Source: an uncultured Candidatus Saccharibacteria bacterium
Lineage (GTDB): Bacteria > Patescibacteriota > Minisyncoccia > Phycocordibacterales > SBAW01
Reading direction: 5' to 3'
Length of the DNA stretch: 50,972 bases
NCBI GenBank assembly: GCA_964615415.1
Contig: CAZTNI010000004.1
Span: 1-50,972, forward strand
Each line of letters starts with the position of its first letter. The stretch's first letter is position 1. The notes beneath the pieces were generated by a model. The model had not been told where the DNA came from, did not search any database, and saw only the letters and a program-made list of their open reading frames with translations. This document shows positions 7,170-12,413 of the stretch, one piece after another. Made by a program: the position numbers and the translations under genes.

Positions 7170-7266
7170 GTTCACACTTCTCCTCTTGATTCACCCAGGT
7201 TGAGGATGTTACATCAGATTCTAGTATGATTACTAGAAATATGAGTGCTATGAGCCAGTAGATCAT
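7156..7266 (-). CDS. Small hydrophobic peptide (36 aa)
   Basis: Hand translation: MIYWLIALIFLVIILESDVTSSTWVNQEEKCEHEDF. GAGGTAGATTAAG precedes the ATG. Confidence 0.4.
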   Translation of the reverse strand: MIYWLIALIFLVIILESDVTSSTWVNQEEKCEHEDF

Positions 7267-7267
7267 C

Positions 7268-7429
7268 TTAATCTACCTCAATGAGAAAGATAGGAGTATC
7301 TTCCTTATCACCAGCAGTCACTTTAACTGACTTAATAGGAAGATATACATTGGAAGTAGCAACTCTAACTTTCACTTCCATTTCGGGAGATTTCCAGAGT
7401 ACACTGAGAAGTTGTATGACAGTCATCAT
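7268..7429 (-). CDS. Small protein, distant member of the MK(V/I)x(D/E)LI family (53 aa)
   Basis: Hand translation: MMTVIQLLSVLWKSPEMEVKVRVATSNVYLPIKSVKVTAGDKEDTPIFLIEVD. Confidence 0.45.
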   Translation of the reverse strand: MMTVIQLLSVLWKSPEMEVKVRVATSNVYLPIKSVKVTAGDKEDTPIFLIEVD

Positions 7430-7430
7430 T

Positions 7431-7595
7431 TTAAAATCTCCAGTTAAGTCTTACAATCAGAGTCCAACGCCAGAAATCAAGAGTGAGTGTCCAATTACGC
7501 TCAGTAATCTTGTTTTCTTTATCACTGGGATAGCAATAAAGCCATACTCCAAGACCTTCAAGAAACTTCTCACTCTTTCTAGTTTCAATTTGCAT
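7431..7595 (-). CDS. Hypothetical small protein (54 aa)
   Basis: Hand translation: MQIETRKSEKFLEGLGVWLYCYPSDKENKITERNWTLTLDFWRWTLIVRLNWRF. The ATG directly follows the TAA of the upstream gene. Confidence 0.4.
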   Translation of the reverse strand: MQIETRKSEKFLEGLGVWLYCYPSDKENKITERNWTLTLDFWRWTLIVRLNWRF

Positions 7596-7805
7596 TTACC
7601 TTTTCCTCGATACAAGGTTAGACAACTGACGGAGATTCTCTTTCTCTTCTCCGCGGAAATAAACCAGAGTTGGAGCTGTCTTGTGAGAAAATACCATAGC
7701 TCCCATGTACTTTTGAACACGGGAGCATTTCACACAAGTTGTTGTTTCTGGAAGAACTTCGAGGCGAGCGGGAGAGATTTCAGAGCGACAGATTGAGCAA
7801 ATCAT
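7596..7805 (-). CDS. DksA/TraR-type C4 zinc-finger protein (69 aa)
   Basis: MICSICRSEISPARLEVLPETTTCVKCSR shows the CxxC-(17)-CxxC pattern with the ARL..P signature typical of TraR/DksA C4 fingers. Confidence 0.7.
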   Translation of the reverse strand: MICSICRSEISPARLEVLPETTTCVKCSRVQKYMGAMVFSHKTAPTLVYFRGEEKENLRQLSNLVSRKR

Positions 7806-8047
7806 TGTCCTATCACATGAGCATAAAGAAAGTCGATAATAGCAGAGTTACTTTCCATCTCATAACCAGTCCAAGAGACACCATCAATTACTTCTACTTT
7901 GTCATGCCCTCCCCAGATAGAAGCATTTTTAAGTGCCTCTCTGAGAGATTCAGGAGTATTAGAAGTTGGAATAAAAATACGGGGTCCATAACCACACTTA
8001 GAATCTTGAAATTTGACTAAGAGTTGGGCATTCATTATTCTAAACAT
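7802..8047 (-). CDS. Hypothetical protein (81 aa after trimming)
   Basis: Track ORF 7802..8077 trimmed to the ATG at 8045-8047, which follows AAAGAGGATAAG in the conserved leader. Confidence 0.65.
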   Translation of the reverse strand: MFRIMNAQLLVKFQDSKCGYGPRIFIPTSNTPESLREALKNASIWGGHDKVEVIDGVSWTGYEMESNSAIIDFLYAHVIGQ

Positions 8048-8086
8048 CTTATCCTCTTTGTGAGAGTTATACAACAAAACAAATCA
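8048..8086 (-). promoter_or_regulatory. Conserved leader, copy (nearly identical to 8372-8411)
   Basis: Minus strand reads gaTTTGTTTTGTTGTATAACTCTCACAAAGAGGAtaag-ATG. Confidence 0.55.
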
Positions 8087-8371
8087 TTAAAGCTTCACTC
8101 CCCAACGATTGAGAACAAAAATGCGGGCCTGCGGGTGAAACTTTCGCAAGTCCTTGATAGAAGTGCAAGAATCCAATTTCAATCCATGAGAATAAATCTT
8201 CCTATCCCCAAGCTTCTTCCACGTACGATAAAGTTCGCAAGTGAACTGAGAGACAGAGAAATTACGCTTACTCATGAACTGATGAGTCAAAGAATCAGGC
8301 TCTCGCATCTTCTTGGCGATATTCAAACAACGAGCAAGAGATTCTCTGAATTCAGCTTCGGCTCTTCCCAT
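8087..8371 (-). CDS. Hypothetical protein (94 aa after trimming)
   Basis: The N-terminus of track ORF 8087..8440 overlaps tRNA-Met. It was trimmed to the ATG at 8369-8371 (MGRAEAEF...), which follows AAAGAGGAATTAAAT. Confidence 0.65.
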   Translation of the reverse strand: MGRAEAEFRESLARCLNIAKKMREPDSLTHQFMSKRNFSVSQFTCELYRTWKKLGDRKIYSHGLKLDSCTSIKDLRKFHPQARIFVLNRWGVKL

Positions 8372-8411
8372 ATTTAATTCCTCTTTGTAAGAGTTATACA
8401 ACAAAACAAAA
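8372..8411 (-). promoter_or_regulatory. Conserved post-tRNA leader, copy
   Basis: Minus strand reads TTTTGTTTTGTTGTATAACTCTTACAAAGAGGAattaaat-ATG. Confidence 0.55.
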
Positions 8412-8483
8412 TGGACCCAGCGAGATTTGAACTCGCGCACTTCCGATTATGAGTCGGCCGCTCTACCGCTGAGCTATGGGTCC
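8412..8483 (-). tRNA. tRNA with CAU anticodon (elongator Met, or Ile2 if C34 is lysidinylated)
   Basis: GGACCCA TA GCTC AGCGGTA GAGC G GCCGA CTCATAA TCGGA AGTGC GCGAG TTCAAAT CTCGC TGGGTCC A. 72 nt. It lacks the initiator-type three G:C pairs in the anticodon stem. Confidence 0.85.
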
Positions 8484-9044
8484 GAAATACGGTTTATCCT
8501 AGTTTCATCACCGTAAGTTTTTTAACTAACTAGGACTCAGGCTAGTCATTATATTCGCCGCGCGTCAGACTATTATGGCGTTAAGATATTATCTTTCTCT
8601 GTTTATATTGGAATCCCAATACTTTAGAGTACGCCTGCAATTGAGCGCGAGCTAGCTAGTTTCATCTTTCATATTAACGAGAGGTGAGAAACTAGCAAAC
8701 ATATCCTAACGCGGTTTGTTTCAGAGAGCCATACACACAACAAACCATAACAGTTGTGTATAGCTTACCACAGATAGGGATTTATATACTCATCATCGTT
8801 GCCCTATCAGCACTAGATTGAGGATAGATTATTCAACATATCATCGAAATGTGTTGAATTTTCGGAATCTATCATTCCGCCCTTTCAATGTAGGGATACA
8901 CGTTATGTCCCGTAATACTGACATAACACCAAATAAAGGACGATAACCTAGAAAACGCAGCGTGAACTGGCCCCTTTTGTTATCTAATGTGTTCACGCAC
9001 ACTAGACTTTTTGTGGGGACTAGGATAACATACCGTCCAACAAT
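8484..9044 (-). ncRNA. Candidate large structured ncRNA (about 560 nt, ORF-free, hairpin-dense), bounded by a tRNA-like element and tRNA-Met
   Basis: There is no ORF above about 27 codons in any frame, while the rest of the genome is densely coding. Perfect stems include 8961-8967/8991-8997, 8903-8909/8920-8926, 8831-8838/8853-8860, 8735-8741/8753-8759, 8655-8663/8688-8696 and 8498-8504/8528-8534. The strong promoter at 9245-9273 lies upstream. Confidence 0.45.
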
Positions 9045-9156
9045 AGGGCACCTTAGGAATCGAACCTAAGTACAATAGAGACGCAAACTCAGTCATGTAG
9101 GTCATGCTACACTTTATCTATTGTAAACTCCACTTCCTACTATAAAGGTTGTGCCC
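9045..9156 (-). ncRNA. tRNA-like element (112 nt): acceptor, D-like arm and T-arm, with a 53-nt extended arm in place of the anticodon arm
   Basis: Acceptor GGGCAC(A)/(G)GTGCCC, T-arm CTTAGG TTCGATT CCTAAG. ACAATAGA pairs with TCTATTGT (8 bp) and encloses hairpin GTAG-CATGAC-CTAC. No canonical anticodon loop can be drawn. Confidence 0.45.
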
Positions 9157-9244
9157 TGATGAAAACTAACACTCCCCCGCCTTATGCTAATATCAGCACA
9201 AACCCACATACAGGTATCCAGCATGGGCCGTCGGGAGAGTGGTC

Positions 9245-9273
9245 AATATAACACACTCTCTACCCTTTGTCAA
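9245..9273 (-). promoter_or_regulatory. Near-consensus sigma70-type promoter (TTGACA-17 nt-TATATT) reading into the ORF-free RNA unit
   Basis: Minus strand reads ctcTTGACAaagggtagagagtgtgtTATATTgacc. It shares ctcTTGACA...TAGAGAGTG..TATATT with the promoter at 4183-4211. Confidence 0.6.
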
Positions 9274-9284
9274 GAGCACAAAGA

Positions 9285-9392
9285 CTAGAACACACTTACA
9301 ACAAGCACCACAAGCCAGAATAACACAATCACAGGACTGAGAAAGAGTAGTAGAATACCACATTCTTTCCAGAGCTGGAGATACTTGTTCAT
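9285..9392 (-). CDS. Small hydrophobic peptide (35 aa)
   Basis: Hand translation: MNKYLQLWKECGILLLFLSPVIVLFWLVVLVVSVF. The start is 1 nt after the TAA of the upstream gene. Confidence 0.4.
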   Translation of the reverse strand: MNKYLQLWKECGILLLFLSPVIVLFWLVVLVVSVF

Positions 9393-9393
9393 G

Positions 9394-9630
9394 TTAAACA
9401 TCCTTGCAAATTGTAAGAGCTTTCTTGAGATAAGAATGTTCCTCACTACCAGTACACTTCTCACTATATACTGGCTCTACTACAACTTCGACACAATACT
9501 GAGAAGAATATTTATTCTTCCAAGATTCTGCCAAAGTTACAGCTTGTTCCTTATCAAAGAGTATTTCACTCTCTAAGCATCCATCTTGATTAAAGGGCAA
9601 GTACCACAAGCGAACTGTGTATCTATTCAT
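9394..9630 (-). CDS. Hypothetical protein (78 aa after trimming)
   Basis: Track ORF 9394..9660 trimmed to MNRYTVRLWY... (ATG at 9628-9630), which overlaps the stop of the small upstream ORF. Confidence 0.6.
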   Translation of the reverse strand: MNRYTVRLWYLPFNQDGCLESEILFDKEQAVTLAESWKNKYSSQYCVEVVVEPVYSEKCTGSEEHSYLKKALTICKDV

Positions 9631-9631
9631 T

Positions 9632-9763
9632 TCACTTTCCAGCCGGAAGAATGAAAGCAACTATGAAATCTCTTGCATCGTTGATTGAAGCAAACATAGC
9701 AATCTCTGGATTCTTTTCCCAGCTTGCTACTGGCAGTCTGTAAACAGAATACCATCCTAACAT
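9632..9763 (-). CDS. Possible small protein (43 aa from the ATG; 56 aa if it starts at the GTG at 9800-9802)
   Basis: Hand translation: MLGWYSVYRLPVASWEKNPEIAMFASINDARDFIVAFILPAGK. GGGAGGAG lies upstream of the alternative GTG. Confidence 0.35.
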   Translation of the reverse strand: MLGWYSVYRLPVASWEKNPEIAMFASINDARDFIVAFILPAGK

Positions 9764-9857
9764 ATTCCTTGATTCACGAATATATCGGTCTGCCTTATTC
9801 ACACTCTCCTCCCAAGTTAAGAATGTACTAGCACTAAGTCTGGCTCCCCACTTTAAC

Positions 9858-10160
9858 TAAAATTCAACTATTCGAGGATTCAAGGATTCGAGGATTCAAC
9901 TAGCCTCTACCCCCTCCTCCCTGTCCTAGCTAGTGTCATTCTGCTACACTAGGCAATAGCTTCCTATCTCTACTAGTGTCTATTAGACACACATAGTAGG
10001 TAGGTTGTTTATTATTTTTTTTTGTAACAATACAGTAACAACTACAGCCTACCCCCTAATCTGGCACAGTCCTTGAAAGAGGACACTATCCAGCTACAGG
10101 GGTAGCCCTACCCTAGGCTTGAATCCTAGAATAGTCGAATAGTTGAATAGTTGAATTTTA
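9858..10160. repeat. Iteron-like repeat block: a 16-bp perfect inverted repeat plus 8-bp-periodic direct repeats, flanking a core of about 210 bp with an AT-rich tract
   Basis: taaaattcaactattc (9858-9873) is the reverse complement of gaatagttgaatttta (10145-10160). aggattc occurs three times at 9875, 9883 and 9891, with a reverse-complement copy at 10121. gaatagt occurs three times at 10129, 10137 and 10145. The tract gtttattatttttttttgtaac is at about 10007-10028. Further gaatagttga-like copies are at 10189-10198 (reverse complement) and 11189-11198. Confidence 0.75.
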
Positions 10161-10241
10161 ATTACAGTTAGGTTCAAAAGTAATTAAGTTCAACTATTAC
10201 ATTTATTGTTACAGTTAGTGCTAGTAAGCAATAAGAGCACT

Positions 10242-10289
10242 AAAAAAAGATGCTAAGGAATCGAACCTTAGTTAAAAACCATTCATCTT
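10242..10289 (-). terminator. tRNA-like minihelix (acceptor plus T-arm only) followed by U7: probable intrinsic terminator or 3' end of the first-gene transcript
   Basis: Minus strand reads AAGATG-aatggtttttaa-CTAAGG TTCGATT CCTTAG-CATCTT-TTTTTT. Confidence 0.5.
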
Positions 10290-10291
10290 TA

Positions 10292-10315
10292 GTGTTTAAC
10301 AATCAAACACTCTAG
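10292..10315. repeat. Left copy of a 24-bp imperfect inverted repeat (internally dyad-symmetric) flanking gene 10429..10830
   Basis: gtgtttaacaatcaaacactctag compared with the reverse complement of 10870-10893 (ctgtttgacaatcgaacactctag) matches at 21 of 24 positions. Internal dyad: TGTTT-N7-AAACA. Confidence 0.7.
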
Positions 10316-10428
10316 CTAGTATCACTGGAAGTTGTACGAGAGAGACTGAAAGACTTGGGCGAAAGATTGGGCATACTGTGCTTCAATCTTTACGCCATCC
10401 GGGTACACGATGATTGCGTAGGTCATCG

Positions 10429-10830
10429 TTACTTCTTAAGCGGGAAAAACTGCGCGTACTTGTTGAACAGCTCTTCCACTTCCTCGATAGAAGATTCCAG
10501 AGCGGAATCATCCATCGAAAGGAAAGTGTTTGCATCCTTCACGAACTGGTTAGCGACGTTCTGCATGATTCCGCAAACAGCGCGAGCAGTACGGATGCGA
10601 GCGTCATCGATCGGATGCGAGAGATCGAGCTTGTCTGCCGAGAACATGACTTTTGCCAGTTCCTCTGGAATCGCATCCTTGTGTGCTTCCGCGAGTGCGC
10701 GAAGTTCTCGCGCTGACTTCAAGGAACGCAACGCGGACTTTGCCGCGTTAAGTTCCGCTTGTGCATCGTTGGCGGTCTTAAGTGCCGTCATACGCTGCGG
10801 AAGCTTGTTGCTGTGAGTCGTGTAAGACAT
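10429..10830 (-). CDS. Hypothetical helical protein (133 aa); first gene of the leftward arm; strongly GC-rich relative to the genome
   Basis: AAGAGGATACACACA precedes the ATG. The 60-nt lines I counted inside it are 58-60% GC, against 33% for a typical early-region line. The antisense ORFs (10355..10816 and 10414..10716) are Ser/Ala/Cys-rich junk. Confidence 0.75.
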   Translation of the reverse strand: MSYTTHSNKLPQRMTALKTANDAQAELNAAKSALRSLKSARELRALAEAHKDAIPEELAKVMFSADKLDLSHPIDDARIRTARAVCGIMQNVANQFVKDANTFLSMDDSALESSIEEVEELFNKYAQFFPLKK

Positions 10831-10835
10831 TGTGT

Positions 10836-10866
10836 GTATCCTCTTTGATTGGTTGTGAGAGGATAC
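10836..10866 (-). promoter_or_regulatory. Hairpin that sequesters the Shine-Dalgarno sequence of gene 10429..10830
   Basis: Minus strand reads GTATCCTCT-cacaaccaatcaa-AGAGGATAC. It is a 9-bp perfect stem whose 3' arm is the SD sequence. Confidence 0.5.
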
Positions 10867-10869
10867 TAA

Positions 10870-10893
10870 CTAGAGTGTTCGATTGTCAAACAG
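10870..10893. repeat. Right copy of the 24-bp inverted repeat; overlaps a TTGACA hexamer about 40 nt upstream of the first gene (operator-like)
   Basis: ctagagtgttcgattgtcaaacag. The minus strand reads cTGTTTGACAATCGAACActctag. Confidence 0.7.
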
Positions 10894-11496
10894 CGACCTA
10901 ACGGTAGCCAAGTGTGGCACCGCACTACCCTACATAGCAACTCGCGTGCTAGAATATGTAAGTTGTTGTGTGACAATGACTTAGCTTTTTCGTTAATGTA
11001 ATCTTAATGTTCTGTTCGGGTGCGTTTCGGGGTATTGGTGCCACACTGTAGCGGCGTTGCCGCAACGTTCAGAAACTATACACTTTCATGATGTTTGAGA
11101 ATCATTCTCAATCTTAATGTAGCACGCTTGTAAGCAAGTGCTTGCTTGCATATCCTGTGCTTGCTTGACGTGTGAATAGATGCGAGTGGAATAGTTGACG
11201 TGTAAACTAAAAGCACTTTACTCTGCAAAGCACTTTATAACATAAAGAGGGGGAGGGAAAAATCACACGGTCCATCGCGCGGAAAGAGACTCAGATAATT
11301 TTTTCAAAAAATTCCTAGAAAGAGAATAAGATTAATGATTATTATGAGTTAAATATAATAATGTTAATAATGGAAATGGGATAATCCTCCGGTATGACTA
11401 GCCTAGCACCATTGCCTTGCCAGCGCGGGAGTGTTAGATTAGATTCCAGAGGAAGGCCAGAGAATCAATAACTATTTTAGAGAGGTTTTTAGCAAA
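10894..11496. promoter_or_regulatory. Divergent control region with several short repeats and an AT-rich block
   Basis: gtgtggcacc (10912-10921) pairs with ggtgccacac (11037-11046). gtgcttgcttg occurs twice (11138, 11157). ttgacgtgt occurs twice (11165, 11195). Palindrome aattttttcaaaaaatt is at 11297-11313. An AT-rich tract spans 11320-11390. GCGCGGGAG is at 11423-11431. Confidence 0.6.
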
Positions 11497-11619
11497 ATGG
11501 CTACATTTAAGAATCCAAGACCTCCTAAATTCACAGGTCAGAAGTTCATTGATGCTCAGAATAAGAGAAATACTAAGAAGACTAATGTCTCGAATAAGAG
11601 AACTCCTAAGAAAAAGTGA
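11497..11619 (+). CDS. Small basic protein (40 aa)
   Basis: Hand translation: MATFKNPRPPKFTGQKFIDAQNKRNTKKTNVSNKRTPKKK. AGAGAGG lies upstream. It is below the ORF-track cutoff. Confidence 0.45.
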   Translation: MATFKNPRPPKFTGQKFIDAQNKRNTKKTNVSNKRTPKKK

Positions 11620-11626
11620 GCCAATC

Positions 11627-11875
11627 ATGGTCGAGAATAATGGATACACATTCATTAAGTTTAAAAATGGCTTTGTTGAGGCTTCACTTAGGGATTTCGA
11701 GAAGGTTAAGCACTTCTGGATGAACAGTGCTGATTCTTTCATTGAAGTCGCGGGAATGTATGGTGAGAGAATCGTGATTAAACGCGCAGATGTTGTGTAT
11801 ATTGTGGAATGCACACCAGAAATCAAAGCTCGCATAGATGAAGATAATAGAGAGCGGGAGTTAAAAGGTGAGTAA
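11627..11875 (+). CDS. Hypothetical protein (82 aa after trimming)
   Basis: Track ORF 11549..11875 trimmed to MVENNGYTFIKF... The upstream part overlaps the small basic ORF in another frame. Confidence 0.6.
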   Translation: MVENNGYTFIKFKNGFVEASLRDFEKVKHFWMNSADSFIEVAGMYGERIVIKRADVVYIVECTPEIKARIDEDNRERELKGE

Positions 11876-12413
11876 TAAAGCCTTAGACATGTCAAAAGTG
11901 CACGAAAAAAATGAATTTCGACCTCCTTCTTCTGCGACAGGCTTTAGAGTCAAGAAATGGAGGCCGAAGTATGATATGATTGTTGCAGGACACATCATGG
12001 GTAAGAGTAACATAGAACTAGCTGCTGAATATGATGTGACTCCTGTTACAATCGCTAACATTCTTCGTGCTGACCATGCGCAGACTCTCATAGCAGAGGC
12101 GCACAGAAGGATTAGAAAGGATACAATCGAGAAGACTAGTGAGAATGTGGATATGCAAGCTCAGATTAGAGAGCTTGCTTTAAAGAGAACTAAAGAATTC
12201 CTTGAGAAGGATGTTCTCGCGGAGAATTCTCCTTTTGCTTTCATTGATAGAGTGCATAAGTTAGTATCTACTGGAAGTGAGAGAAGTGTTCAAGTTGCTC
12301 CCGTCCAGGTAAATGTGCAGAACAACCAAGTGGTTGACAATTCGCAGAAAGAACTGAAAGAGGTTCATCTGAATCGCATTGCAACCGCGCTTGAAATCGT
12401 GAAAGATGGATGA
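11868..12413 (+). CDS. terS: Putative terminase small subunit
   Basis: Sits immediately upstream of TerL and overlaps it. Has an HTH-like segment (SNIELAAEYDVTPVTIANIL). 181 aa. Confidence 0.6.
   Translation: MSNKALDMSKVHEKNEFRPPSSATGFRVKKWRPKYDMIVAGHIMGKSNIELAAEYDVTPVTIANILRADHAQTLIAEAHRRIRKDTIEKTSENVDMQAQIRELALKRTKEFLEKDVLAENSPFAFIDRVHKLVSTGSERSVQVAPVQVNVQNNQVVDNSQKELKEVHLNRIATALEIVKDG

Noticed and set aside
7281-8377. Plus-strand ORFs 7281..7796, 7739..8020 and 8024..8377, and minus-strand ORF 7457..7720
   Set aside because: The plus-strand ORFs are antisense to a tightly coupled chain of minus-strand genes that have good SD sequences. ORF 7457..7720 is in an alternative frame that overlaps that chain. 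Their sequences are Ser/Leu/Arg-rich, as expected for shadow ORFs.
9875-10151. CRISPR-like array
   Set aside because: The repeats are only 7-8 bp and directly abutting, with no spacers. No cas genes are present. They are better described as iterons.
10355-10816. Plus-strand ORFs (153 aa and 100 aa) overlapping gene 10429..10830
   Set aside because: GC-rich DNA gives long open frames on both strands. These are Ser/Ala/Cys-rich and have no SD sequence, whereas the minus-strand frame has AAGAGGA-N9-ATG and a plausible helical protein.
11434-12091. Minus-strand ORFs 11434..11895 and 11861..12091 at the start of the plus arm
   Set aside because: They are antisense to the small basic ORF, 11627..11875 and terS. 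They are Ser/Leu-rich shadow frames with no upstream minus-strand promoter or SD sequence.
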